NCBI RefSeq assembly: GCF_032191835.1
Contig: NC_083223.1
Span: 806,001-869,601, forward strand
Source of the DNA: Heteronotia binoei
Lineage: Eukaryota
Direction: 5' to 3'
Length of the DNA stretch: 63,601 nucleotides
Below are positions 26,664-39,562 of this stretch, piece after piece. Position 1 is the first letter of the stretch; every line of letters begins with the position of its first letter. A model generated the notes under the pieces. The model was not told the DNA's origin, did no database searches, and was given only the letters and a program-made list of their open reading frames with translations. A program made the position numbers and the translations under genes.

Positions 26664-27015
26664 AAGATGATGATGACGATGATGATATTGGATTTATATC
26701 CCGCCCTGTACTCTGAATCTCAGAGCGGTCACAATCTCCTTTACCTTCCCCCCCCCAACAGACACCCTGGGTGGGGCTGAGAGAGCTCTCCCAGAAACTG
26801 CCCTTTCAAGGACAGCTCTGCAAGAGCTATGGCTGACCCAAGACCATTCCAGCAGCTGCAAGTGGAGGAGTGGGGAATCAAACCCGGTTCTCCCAGATAA
26901 GAGAGCTCTGGCTGACCCAAGGCCATTCCAGCAGGTGCAAGTGGAGGGGTGGAGAATCAAACCCGGTTCTCCCAGATAAGAGTCAGCACACTTGACCACT
27001 ACACCAAACTGTCTC
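26664..27015 (-). mobile_element. CORE-type SINE with a duplicated 79-bp unit
   Basis: Two copies of the unit that is amplified at 9124. Confidence 0.85.
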
Positions 27016-27219
27016 GCTAATTAAATTAAAAAGAATGACAGAACAGTGGCAGCGAATCCGTATAAGGCAAAGTCAGGAATTCTCAATCTAGGAGCGGTAG
27101 GAATGTGTAATGTCCTTGGAGTCAAGGCCAGGTTTTTCTGTTTGCATGCTGTGACATACCTTTAAATACCTAACCCAACCGGATGCCTGATAAGGCCCCT
27201 TTTTGTTGTTGTTTTGCAG

Positions 27220-27335
27220 GAACACAGTATTATGCAGAAGCTGCACTGCACACAGGTTGACAAAATAGTCGCGCAGTATAACAAGGAGAAGTTGGGTTAC
27301 GAGAAAATCCTTGAAAAGGCCATCAAGAAAAGGGG
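27220..27335 (+). CDS. PLCB4: PLCB4 exon: [38 protein letters not shown](G)
   Basis: Acceptor ttttgcag, donor gtaaga. Confidence 0.96.
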
Positions 27336-27667
27336 GTAAGACCTCTCACAGTCGATGTACAACTCCCAAAGCAGTTGAGCATTTGGGGTACATCAGTTAC
27401 ATTCCTTCTTGATTTGTTTGTCCTTTTTTGGGGGGAGGGGTTAGCTCCTTAGGAGGACACACTGACCTCCTCTCTGGCCACACCACCTTTCTTTCCCGCA
27501 CGGTTCTTGCAGCGTCTCACCTTTCCCTGCTTCCTTCCTTCCTCTCACCTGCCTTTCTCAGTTCCCCCACTAGCCCCTCATCCTTTCTTCCATTCTCCAA
27601 CAGACCCCACATCTTCTCCCCTTTCCCTGGATCCTTCAGTCCCTCCAGCCCTCTCCCTCCACCTTTT

Positions 27668-28217
27668 GAGAGCCAGTTTGGTGTAGTGGTTAAGTGTGTG
27701 GACTCTTATCTGGGAGAACCGGGTTTGATTCCCCACTCCTCCACTTGCAGCTGCTGGAATGGCCTTGGGTCAGCCATAGCTCTTGCAGAGTTGTCCTTAA
27801 AAGGGCAGCTGCTGTGAGAACCCTCTCAGCCCCACCCACCTCACAGGGTGTCTTTTGTGGGGGAGGAAGATAAAGGAGATTGTGAGCTGCTCTCAGATTC
27901 AGAATGAAGGGCAGGGTATAAATCCAGTATCTTCTTCTTAGAGTCCCAGTGTGGTGTAGTGGTTAAGTGCGTAAACTCTTATCTGGGATAACCAGGTTTG
28001 ATTCCCCACTCCTCCACTTGCAGCTGCTGGAATGGCCTTGGCTCAGCCATAGCTCTGGCAGAGGTTGTCCTTGAAAGGCAGCTGCTGTGAGAGGCATCTC
28101 AGCCCCACCCACCTCACAGGGTGTCTGTTGTGGGGGAGGAAGATAAAGGAGATTGTAAGCCGCTCTGAGACTCTGATTCAGAAAGAAGGGTGGGGTATAA
28201 ATCTGCAATTCTTCTTC
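27668..28217 (+). mobile_element. Two CORE-type SINEs head to tail
   Basis: Heads at 27668 and 27941. Confidence 0.88.
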
Positions 28218-28664
28218 TCCATCACTCTTGGCTCCACTCTTCACTCCTGCCTCCCTTTGTCCTTCATTCCAGGTTCCCTTCCTCATCCTCCTTTTCTGCT
28301 TGCCGGATGATCTATTGCAGGTTTCAAAACAGAACCACAGAAACCATTTTGGAGCATAGACACAACTGTTGACAACATGGTGTCTTCAGTTTCCTAGACA
28401 ACCCCAAATGGTTGCCAAGATTCAATGAAAGGAAATTGTGAGGGCCTGGCATTTTCAAACTCTAAAACAAAATCTTATCCCCTGTTTGTTTGTTTGTTTT
28501 TTAAAAAATGAAGATTGTTCTGCAAATCTGTGGGCTATCCATATTTGCACATGGCCCAGTCCATACTCAGAACAGGTTCAGAATGAGAGGCATAGATGAT
28601 GGGCACGAGAGTCAGCCCTTTCTATAAATCATCCTATCATTTTGTTTAATCATCAAGTTTAAAT

Positions 28665-29275
28665 CATGGATGTCGGTACCATTTGTTAAAGGGCCAGATC
28701 TGACATAAATGGGTCCTTGTCGGGTCGGGCCAGGTCATGTGTGTCCCTATTTAAGTTTAGGTAGCAGAGATATAAACTTTTTAAAGGACACAGACAAACA
28801 CGACTAAAGAATTTTTTTTTTTTTTTTAAAAACTTAAAATATGCTTAAAACATTAGCACTTGTTGGTCTTAAAGGTGCTTTCTTTGTATCTCTCCCATGG
28901 GGTCCAGGGAACTGGGCAAAGGAAGCTCTGGCTCTTTCCTTCCTTCCTCAGAGGACCAGGAGGGGGAGGAGCCTCAGCCAATAGAAGGAAGAGAGGCTTG
29001 GCTCAGTAGCTCTGCTCTGTGATTAAGAGAGCCTGGCAAAGCCAGCTATCCCTCCCCCTCTCCTCCCCAAGGGAGGAGACTCAGCCAATGGAGAAAATGG
29101 AGGTTTTGCACTGCAGCTCCCGTCCGATTGAGCAAGCCTGGCAAAGCAAGCTGTGATGCAGAAGGAACAAGAGAGAGGGAGAAGGAAGCAGACAGGAGCC
29201 AGTTGCTCAGGGGCCTGATAAGAGTCCTCCGGGGGCCTGATTTGGCCCCCCCAGGCCACATGTTTGACATCCCTG
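28665..29275. mobile_element. MITE family A
   Basis: Perfect 8-bp TSD GTTTAAAT. Confidence 0.85.
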
Positions 29276-30200
29276 GTTTAAATATTAGTAGTTTAAGAAC
29301 CTTTTGGGGAAATCCTTTAAGGAGCATCACATGGTGCTCCTTGAGGTCACACGGGTGGCACATAGAGGCACATGCAGCACCCGTCACAGTTGAAGAAAGC
29401 GAGGAGGGGGCGGGACGTAAAGGCAGCTGGGGAGGGTGTGGGAGGAAGGCAGGCTGGTGGGGGGCAGAGGAGGGGAAGGGGCCATTGGGGCACTCTTTGC
29501 TCGAGGTGACCAAAGCCAGGTAATGGCCCCGGGAAGGAACGCTGCCATACAGAAGCAACATTTCCTCCCCGCTGTCTGCAAAGCGGCGTGAGCAAACACA
29601 TCTCTCTGGGTGACTTGAAATGGCCCCTGGCAATTAATGGAGTGCACATTTTCCAAGGTGCAATAAAGGCAGAATGCAAAGTTTTCATTTCTTTGTGTTT
29701 TCCCGTGTAAGTCCTTAAGCAGATGTGAATTTTATTTCCAGAGGGTTTAGCCACATTGGCCTTCATTAGAACAGTTGAGGAGCACCTTAGGGACACCAAC
29801 AAGATTTTTTTGGGGGGTGGGGTTTAGAAGATTTTGAGAGTGAAAAGCTCTCTTAACCAGATATTTTTTAAATGGCACATATTAAAAAGGGCGGAGGGGA
29901 AATCCATTTGAGAATTTGATTCTTATCCTTGAAAACATCTCCCAAGTAGGTGAGAGTAGCTAATGGAACTTCTGAAACCTTCTTTGTGTAGTTGAGTAAT
30001 CGTCCTGACATGGAAATAATTGCATAATTGGACCATATTTAATTTAAGCATCACTGAGCCAACAGTAATTGGTAACTTGTGACTAATACGTGAAAGGGAA
30101 TAATTTTGGTTCAATGTGTTTTTTTGGTATTTGGTGAATGTTATTAAGGGGTTTCAGAGCATTGGGGCTTGTTTTGGATTTTCCCTTTTCTTGTCCACAG

Positions 30201-30276
30201 GGGAAATAACTGCCTAGAGATAAAGAAAGAATTTGAAAATAAAATCCAGACGTTAACATCAGATCACACATCTAAG
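30201..30276 (+). CDS. PLCB4: PLCB4 exon: (G)GNNCLEIKKEFENKIQTLTSDHTSK
   Basis: Acceptor ccacag, donor gtaaga. Confidence 0.95.
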
Positions 30277-30591
30277 GTAAGAGATAAAATGGAGTGTGCT
30301 CTGTCCCTTGAAAAGTGTTGTTGTTTCTCGAGGATCCCTGAATCTCTCCTCCCCCCACCCCGATGCCAAAACCTTTTTATTCCACTTTCATTTAAATTTA
30401 CATTTCTTATTCCAATTGACCTAAAAATCCAGTTTCTCTCTTGGCTTTGGGGCGGGGTGGGCAACAGAATAACAGCCTGAGCTTTGCAGGGGACGGGGGA
30501 GGTCTTCATTTATGTGCCAGACATCAGGGGACAATTCCCAGCAATTCCCTTCTCCCTCCAGGGCCTCTTTTTAACCTGTGATTAATCTGCA

Positions 30592-30738
30592 GCCCCGTGG
30601 CGCAGAGCGGTAAAGCAGCAGTACTGCGGTCTGAACTCTCTGCTCACGACCTGAGTTCGATTCCGGAGGAAGCTGGTTCAGGTAGCCGGCCCAAGGTTGA
30701 CTCAGCCGTCCATGCTTCCGAGGTCGGTCAAAGGAGTC
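30592..30738 (+). mobile_element. Sauria-type SINE 5' portion (tRNA-derived head)
   Basis: gccccgtggcgcagagcggtaaag...gagttcgattcc...gttgactcagcc; overlaps in sequence with the minus-strand copies. Confidence 0.8.
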
Positions 30739-30928
30739 CCCATGAAGATTTAACAAGTTGCCTACATGTCCATAGATGCAAGAAATAACATTTAGGCCCA
30801 CAAGAACTGTAGACATTTCAAACAACCCCATTGCTCTTACTGAGAAGAAAATCTCCAAAATTTGGGATGAAGCAAGACTCAAGCTTTTTAGTTGCTGGCC
30901 CAAGTACCATCGTACACCACACACATGT

Positions 30929-31600
30929 AAGGTAAAAAAGGTAAAGATAGTCCCCTGTGCAAGCACCAGTCATTTCTGACTCTGGGGTGACGTCGCATCA
31001 TGACGTTTTCACAGCAGACTTTTTTTTACAGGGTGGTTTGCCATTGCCTTCCCCAGTCATCTACGCTTTCCTCCCAGCAAGCTGGGGACTCATTTGACCG
31101 ACCTCGGAAGAATGGAAGGCTGAGTCTAGAGAAAGGAAAGGGAAGGTCCCCTGTGCAAGCACCAGTCGTTTCTGACTCTGGGGTGATGTTGCTTTCAGAG
31201 CGTTTTCATGGCAGATTTTTTATGGGGTGGTTTGCCATTGCCTTCCCCAGTCACCCACACTTTCCCCCCAGCAAGCTGGGGACTCATTTTACCGACCTCG
31301 GAAGGATGGAAGGCTGAGTCTAGAGAAAGGAAAGGAAAGGTCCCCTGTGCAAGCACCAGTCGTTTCTGACTCTGGGGTGATGTTGCTTTCAGAACGTTTT
31401 CATGACAGACGTTTTACGGGGTGGTTTGCCATTGCCTTCCCCAGTCCTCTACACTTTCCTCCCAGCAAGCTGGGGACTCCTTTGACTGACCTCGGAAGGA
31501 TGGAAGGCTGAGTCTAGAGAAAGGAAAGGCCCCCTGTGCAAGCACCAGTCGTTTCCGACTCTGGGGTGACGTCGCATCACAATGTGTTCATGGCAGACTT
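30929..31600 (-). repeat. Tandem array of Sauria-type SINE 3' halves (about 190 bp, 3.5 copies)
   Basis: Repeated cccctgtgcaagcaccagtc...gccattgccttccccagtc...ggaaggctgagtctagagaaagg. Confidence 0.85.
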
Positions 31601-31669
31601 CTTTATGGCCTCCATTTTGTGTGACCCCAGAACCATTTTGCAGACCAGGCAGTGCCCCAGAACGTGTGA

Positions 31670-32029
<360 letters not shown>

Positions 32030-32432
32030 TGAGCAGGACGGGACTGGCCTCCAGGCGCTTGGCTCAGCCTGTCTTGCAAAACTGAGTCTGCTTCCAACCC
32101 CAGACTGAGAAAGTGGTGGAGTAGAGCAAAGTGCTATAGAGCAGCGGGGTCAAACTTGCTTAAGAATAAAATAAATGTCAGATTTTTAGATGGATGGATG
32201 GACGAACAGACAGACGNNNNNNNNNNNNNNNNNNNNNNNNNNNNNNNNNNNNNNNNNNNNNNNNNNNNNNNNNNNNNNNNNNNNNNNNNNNNNNNNNNNN
32301 NNNNNNNNNNNNNNNNNNNNNNNNNNNNNNNNNNNNNNNNNNNNNNNNNNNNNNNNNNNNNNNNNNNNNNNNNNNNNNNNNNNNNNNNNNNNNNNNNNNN
32401 NNNNNNNNNNNNNNNNNNNNNNNNNNNNNNNN

Positions 32433-32590
32433 GATTCAGTGGGAGCTCACAGGAGCGCAGCGCTTGAACCTTTCTGAGAGTTCCACGTCCTTCTGAGAGT
32501 TCCACCTCCTTGTCCACTGAATAGTAGGTGCGGCTGTATAACAATCCTTGGATGAGCTCCACCACCTATTTTTCTACAAAACGACCCCTG
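32433..32590. mobile_element. MITE family C, partly in a gap
   Basis: Homologous to 6918-7087. Confidence 0.8.
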
Positions 32591-33639
32591 GATGGATGGA
32601 TGGATGATGAAGGGAGGGAGGGAGGGAGTGGTGGAAAAAAGCAGAGGCATTCTCAAAGTCACCAGCTGGCTTGGCTTGGGGATGTGGTTTAAAGATGTCT
32701 CCAAGCTGGCTGATGGGACGGGGGGTGGGGGCTTCGAGAGCCACACAATATGTGTGAAAGAGCCACATGTGGCTCCCAAGCTGCAGTTTTGCCACCCTGC
32801 TACAGAGCAGAGGTCCCCAGGCCTTCTTGACCCTGCAGATGCCTATGGAGTTTTGACACCCTATGATGGGCACTGTCACAAAATGACTGCTCCAGGAACC
32901 TCTTGCCAGCCACAAAATGGCCGCTGCTACAGGACCAAAGTAACGTTTAAAAAAAAAAAAAAGAGTCTGCACAGCCAATCAAATCTCCAGTGGCCAGTCA
33001 GAAGCCTTGCAGGCAAGCCCCACCCAGCCCCACCCACTTCACCAAAACTCCTGAGAGGTGCCAAGAAAGGGTACCATGGCCCCCATTGGCCCCACATTGG
33101 GGGCTCCTTCTGCTGCCCACGGATGCCCACACATGCCGCCATTTTCAATCCACATTTCGGAGAATGGGAAAATAAAGCTGCTGAATACTCAGTCCTGGTA
33201 AAATTAACAACCTATTTGAGCAACAGTTTAGCTCCAAAATTTGAGGGGAGATGGAGCATGTCTTCTGTGTATTCTGCTGGCGGGAGACAAACTCAGAAGG
33301 AGAAGCAGTCTAAAATATTGTATATAAACATATAGTAATGAAACAGAAGTAGAATAGAAATCTGTTTTAAATGTGGTATCTCAAATACAAATGAGGTGTA
33401 AGGAAGTGGACTTTAGAGAGAACATATTTTTTGAAGTGGATTCTGAGTAGATATCTCCTATTTTCTTTTTATGAAATAGATAGCAGACCTCCCTTAATGT
33501 ATTGCTTATCCGTTATACGTAGAAGCGGCAAATATATGTAATCTTGAATACGCAATAGAGAAAAAGAGTGAGCTTCTGCTGGTAGGACTGAACGCCACAG
33601 TCTGGCCTTGTCCAGTCCAAAAGCAAGTCAGTAAATTAA

Positions 33640-33774
<135 letters not shown>

Positions 33775-34149
33775 TAAGGACATCATATTTCTTAGCTATC
33801 TGGGCGTCAGTGCTTGTTGCCTGCTTAATAAAAGCCCATGTCCTGCATCCAGCCATACATTCTGAAAACTTAATGACATTTAGGTTTTCCTGAAAGATGG
33901 CAGCAAGTGGGGTGCAGAGCTGTGCTTGTCCTTTTACGCTGTTGTGGGGGGCTCACTGACCCTCCAGAATAAAATCTCAGGGGGCTGCATTTTTTTGGGG
34001 GGGGGGACTCTGAATTCACCCCCAGACCTTTAAGAGAAATTTTGCTCTTTGCAGTGCAATCCTGAGAGAGTTACACCTTCCCAAACTCATTAACTTCCCT
34101 GGATTTAGAAGGGTGTGACCGTATTTAGGACTATGCCACAACTCTTCGC

Positions 34150-34265
34150 AAGTGTGCATGCACCCAAAAGCTTAAACCTAGAATAAAACTTGGTTGGCCT
34201 TAAAGGTGCCCAGCTGGTCTCCCGCTTTCTTCTGCTGCTTCAGACCAACACAACCCGCCTGAATC
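34150..34265. mobile_element. Probable Penelope-like element fragment
   Basis: aaagctta.acctagaataaaacttggttggccttaaaggtgc motif; related fragments near 8765-8862 and 17478-17520; family call from memory. Confidence 0.45.
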
Positions 34266-34557
34266 TAACTTTATAGCAATATTGTGTTCCAAGTGAATGA
34301 AAGCTGGTCATCCATTGATCAGAACTGGGTGCATCCCCTTGGATCCAACATAAAACTGACATGGTGGTTGTGTTCTGCGCAGGTGGTACCAGCTGGCAAT
34401 ACTGGCACAAGACTATTTTGTAAAGATGAAAGCAGGTCTGTGTTGGCTTCACCAAGCAGCCATCATTAGACCAATAAGAAGTCCAAACTGCCCTCTTCTG
34501 ACTCACAGTTTTATTCTAAAGGAAGCACTTTTGATAGCGTCAAACTGTCTTTTGTAG

Positions 34558-34615
34558 GCGTGTCCGGGAGCTGAACAGCAGCAACACAAAGAAATTTCTA
34601 GAAGAAAGAAAGCGG
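34558..34615 (+). CDS. PLCB4: PLCB4 exon: (R)RVRELNSSNTKKFLEERKR
   Basis: Acceptor tttgtag, donor gtgagt. Confidence 0.96.
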
Positions 34616-34847
34616 GTGAGTTGATAACTAGTAGTCTGTGCTGTGTGTGGTGTGGCTTTTTGTACTTCTCAGAAGTTCTGTTTTCTAAAAGCCATCCTCG
34701 CTCACGTCAAAAGCTCACCTGTTTGCTAAGGGATGACGCGGCTGATTCTGCTGCAAGATACAAGCAGTGATACAGTGGAAGACGTCTCATGTAACAGGGA
34801 ACACTGCAAACAAACTGTGCAGTTTTAAAAAACAGACTGCACCCAAG

Positions 34848-35439
34848 AGAGAGCCAATTTAGTGTAGTGGTGAAGTATGCGGACTCTTATCTGAGAGAAC
34901 CGGGTTTGATTCCCCACTCCTCCACTTTCAGCTGCTGGAATGGCCTTGGGTCAGCCAGAGCTCTCTTACCTGGGAGAACCGGGTTTGATTCCCCACTCCT
35001 CCACTTGCAGCTGCTGGAATGGCCTTGGGTCAGCCAGAGCTCTCTTATCTGGGAGAACCGGGTTGGATTCCCCACTCCTCCACTTGCAGCTGCTGGAATG
35101 GCCTTGGGTCAGCCAGAGATCTCTTATCTGGGAAAACCTGGTTGGATTCCCCACTACTCCATTTGCAGCTGCTGGAATGGCCTTGGGTCAGCCAGAGATC
35201 TCTTATCTGGGAGAAGCGGGTTTGATTCCCCACTCCTCCACTTGCAGCTGCTGGAATGGCCTTGGGTCAGCCATAGCTATAGCAGAGGTTGTCCTTGAAA
35301 GGCAGCTGCTGTGAGAGCCCTCTCAGCCCCACCTCACAGGGTGTCCGTTGTGGGGGAAGACGATATAGGACATTGTAAGCTGCTCTGAATCTCTGATTCA
35401 GAGAGAAGGGTGGGGTATAAATCCGCAGTCGTCTTCTTC
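34848..35439 (+). mobile_element. CORE-type SINE with a 79-bp unit amplified 5 times
   Basis: Units at about 34886, 34965, 35044, 35123 and 35202. Confidence 0.87.
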
Positions 35440-35681
35440 AAATATCAGATCCCTGTTTTCAGTGCATTATGGTGGAGATTAGACTTGTATAAGAGAAAGG
35501 AAAAAAACCCCATACTAATATTGCTTGAAATGGGAATTCTGCATTAGTCAGATCCACTCACTGTGTTCTTCTGGAGCGTTATAATTTGCTTCATTCCAAA
35601 AGCAAGGTTGAGGGACGGGGAATGAATTTATCTTAAAGCCTGTGACATCTGAGGGAGACGACTCTGTTGCATTTTGACTGA

Positions 35682-35801
<120 letters not shown>

Positions 35802-35878
35802 TAATCATAATGCTTGATCGCAGATCATAACAAAAATAATTTAAGAGTTAGGTAAGCGTGGAAAAAAACTGGGGAGCA

Positions 35879-36373
35879 CATAAAAACATCAGAGCACACG
35901 AGAACCCAGTGGCCTATCCAGCCCAACACTCTGTGTCACACAGTGGCAAAAAAACCCCAGGGGCCATCAAGAGGTCCACCAGCCGGGCTAGAACTCCAGA
36001 TGCCCTCCCACTGTTGCCCCCCTCCAAGTACCAAGAAGACAGAGCATCACTGCCCCAGGTGTAAGGACATAAGAGAGGCCATGTTGGATCAGGCCAATGG
36101 CCCATCCAATCCAACATTCTGTGTCACTCGGTGGCCAAAATCCAGAGGCCATCAGGAGGTCCACCAGCAGGACCGGAATTCCAGAATCACCCCCACTGTT
36201 GGCCGCCTCCAAGCACCAAGAAGACAGAGCATCACTGCCTCAGATGTAAGGACATAAGAGAGGCCATGTTGGATCAGGCCAATGGCCCATCCAATCCAAC
36301 ATTCTGTGTCACTCAGTGGCCAAAACCCAGGGGCCATCAGGAGGTCCACCAGCAGGACCGGAACTCCAGATGC
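35879..36373 (-). repeat. CR1 3'-end tandem array, about 3 units
   Basis: Same unit type as 4831-5690. Confidence 0.82.
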
Positions 36374-36823
36374 ATCCAACTATTGATACTTCTACTCTGG
36401 TTTCTCTATGTCTACTTAAAAAAAAATGTCTGTTTGATTTTAGTTTAATTGGCTTTACTCCTGAAACTCAAAAGATCTATGTGGAGGAGCAAGATTATGA
36501 AACTTTATTTTGGATAAAGGTTTTCCCTCTAGGGGTGTGTTATATTCCTTTCGGTAAGCCTTTGAAGTTTTTAACAGTGTGTTCATTTAGGCAGCACAGA
36601 CGCTGTACAACAGTTTCGATTAATCCAGTATGTGGAACTGGAGAAGTACCGGTAGAAACTTACCTGGTTTTTGTACAATTTTTTTTAATCTCATAATTTG
36701 TAAATTATATGGATTTTAATTTTTCTGTCACATTCGTTTCTGTGTCACCTCAGCTTTCATGCATTTTGTTTGCCTTCCTCTTGTATTATTCAATTTTGAC
36801 ATTTATTATTTTTGTGCAAACAG

Positions 36824-36860
36824 CTTTTGAAATCCTGCCACGCAGCCTCTCAGATTCAAG
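36824..36860 (+). CDS. PLCB4: PLCB4 37-nt alternative cassette exon: LLKSCHAASQIQ(G)
   Basis: Acceptor aaacag, donor gtagga; resembles the remembered mammalian alternative C-terminal peptide LLKSCHAVSQTQG. Confidence 0.9.
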
Positions 36861-36955
36861 GTAGGAAAGGTCTTACCCTCGGCAAGCTCTTGCAGTCACT
36901 ATCTTATCTGCCCTAAAATAAATCATCATACAAATGCGGCTGGACATGGGATGAC

Positions 36956-37375
36956 AAGGGTGTGAAAAGCATAACTGAACTCCAAAGGGAGTTCTGACCA
37001 TCACTTTTAAAGGGACAGCACACCTTTTAAATCCCTTCCCTCCACTGGAAATAATGAAGGATAGGGGCACCTTCTTTGGGGGCTACTAGAATTGGACCCC
37101 CTGGTCCAATCTTTTTGAAACTTGGAGGGTGTTTTGAGGAGAGGCACTGAATGCTATGCTGAAAATTTGGTGCCTTTACCTAAAAAAAACAGGGGCCCCC
37201 AGAGCCCCAGATACCCATGGATCAATTATTCATTATATCCTACAGGAATCGGTCTCCATAGGGAATAATGGAGTGCCCAGCAGACATCCCCCCCTGCTTT
37301 CTAATGACCCTGAAGCAGGGGGAGGCCTCCAAACCAAGAGATTCCTTGCCCCCACCTGGGGATTGGAAAGCCCTA
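36956..37375. mobile_element. hAT-type MITE family E
   Basis: Reverse-complement homolog of 43973-44454. Confidence 0.75.
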
Positions 37376-37599
37376 CCCCTGCTCAATGCTGTGTTTCTTC
37401 GTTTGGTATTGCATATGCTGTTGGCACACTGGTGAATAGAGATGCCACATCTCAGACACTCTGTCACTATGATATGCCCGGTACAGAAGTTCCTGTCACT
37501 ACAAAACAATCCCTTAGACCCTCTCTAGGAGTAAAGGGTTTAACGAACCTCTGCACTTTCACCTCTTAAAGAGAGCTTGGTTTGCCAGATACTCAGTCC

Positions 37600-37756
37600 C
37601 AGGGGTGGAATTCTAGCAGGGGCTCCTTTGCGTATTAGGCCACACCTCCTGATGTAGCCAGTCCTCCAAGGCTTTTTTGTAAGGTCTTGGAGGATTAGCT
37701 ACATCAGGGGGCATGGCCTAATATGCAAAGGAGCCCCTGCTAGAATTCCACCCCTG
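37600..37756. mobile_element. Palindromic MITE family B
   Basis: Long TIR; TSD CTCAGTCC/CTCAGTTC. Confidence 0.87.
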
Positions 37757-38126
37757 CTCAGTTCACATGAGCAGAAACTATTCTGACGTTCCAAGCCAGA
37801 GTGGGACTTCTGTAAGAAATGGACGTGGAAACAAGGAACCAGTGAGGACTCTGCTAATCGCAGTTCTGTGAAGGTTGCTCAAGCACCAGCCAGGTCAGGT
37901 CACGTCCTGTTCAGTGGCCCCCAACAGTGCGCTGGCTGTTTGGGTGATGGGCTCACCCGTTCATTGCCTCATTCACGGTCGTTTGCTAGGTGGCTCCACT
38001 GTATTCCTTCTTTGTTCCACCCAGCCTGATGGCGTTGTCCTAACCAGCCCGGCTGCCTTTTCTGTGTCGCTCCTCTGCCCATCAAGCGGTTGGTTAAATA
38101 CACAGATCATTCACACATCTCATAAG

Positions 38127-38317
38127 CAACGTTCCCTCTAAGCTGCAGAGTCTTGTCAGTAAAAATTCTACGTTGTGAGCTCCTGGCATGGAAGTTGTGA
38201 GCTGCTGCATACATTAGTGTGCTTTGGGGTCATCCTTCCTGAGCTAAGACAAATATGTGTGAACTGGCTAAAAAACTGTGAGCTAGCTCACGTTAACTCG
38301 TCTTAGAGGGAACACTG
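38127..38317. mobile_element. MITE family D
   Basis: TIR CAACGTTCCCTCT/AGAGGGAACACTG; TSD CTCATAAG/GTCATAAG. Confidence 0.83.
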
Positions 38318-39065
38318 GTCATAAGTTAACGGTGCGTTTCAGTCTAATCCTACCCTGTTTGTTTGAGTCATCGCTAGAGGCCCCAGCAGCTACCAACATG
38401 GCAGCGTCTTCACGCATGTCAAGCTCTGCAAAAACTCCAATGCAAACTTCCTCAGCAAGCTTTTGGAGCAGTTGGGCCCAGCTGCTGTTTGGGGATTGGC
38501 TTCTGTTTGATCAACACCTCTCAGCATAGCAGGTTTGATGGTCCAACATGCTCATCGCCAAATTCAGAGCGCCTCTAAATTATGCGCGTAATGCGCTGAA
38601 TCTGCCAGAACAGTGTCAGTGTCTCAGAAAAACAAAAGTAGTTTTAACAGATACCCAGCATCTTTCGTGATTCATTGATCTACTGCACGGGGAGAGCTTA
38701 CTGACGAATGAAATAGCCACGGTATTAATAACTCTCTGTTAATCCCCAGAGGAGACTAAAGCCGCAGTTAGAGAATTATACTAATACGACAGGACACTCA
38801 AACAGATGTCTGGGCATTTTGGCAAAAATTACAGGACCTGCCCTCTTGTTACCTCCGCAAACAGATGTCTCTTTACTCATATATGCTGAAGTAACAAAGA
38901 AGAAGTTTGTGGAGCGTTGTGTGGAGGGGTGATCTTTGCTTAATCCTTCCACCTACCTGCAATTTCTCCTCTGGAGATCTCTGCCCGGCTGCCTTTACCC
39001 CAGCAGGGCATTCTGATATAAACCTGAACAGGAGGACGACAACGTAAAGGGGAGGAAAAGGTTTT

Positions 39066-39297
39066 AAAAGGTAAAGGTCATCCCCTGTGTGAGCACTGAG
39101 TCACTACTGACCCATGGGGTGACGTCACATCGTGATGTTTTTCTGGCAGACTTTTTGTTATGAGGTGGTTTGCCATTGCCTTCCCCAGTCATCTGCACTT
39201 TCCCACCCCATAAAAAGCCATGGAAACGTCATGATGCGATGTCACCCCATGGGTCAGAAATGACCGGTGCTTGCACAGGGGACTGCCTTTACCTTTT
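39066..39297. mobile_element. Two Sauria-type SINE 3' fragments in inverted, tails-outward arrangement
   Basis: Both ends terminate in the aaaaggtaaagg tail motif, in opposite orientation. Confidence 0.8.
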
Positions 39298-39425
39298 TAA
39301 AGTTCCACGAGGCTCTTTGGTTATTTTGCTGCAGCAGACAAAATGCAGTTACCCTCTGGAATTCTTCTCAAACTACTTCCATTGCTTCAAAAGTGCCACA
39401 GGCCAAACCAAATAATAGCATATGT

Positions 39426-39562
39426 CAGGGGTGGCCAGCGGTAGCTCTCCAGATGTTTTTTGCCTACAACTCCCATCAGTCCCAGCCAGCATGGCCAATG
39501 GCTGGGGCTGATGGGAGTTGTAGGCAAAAAAACATCTGGAGAGCTACCGTTGGCCACCCGTG
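39426..39562. mobile_element. Palindromic MITE family F
   Basis: Near-complete foldback; TSD GCATATGT/GCGTATGT. Confidence 0.87.
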
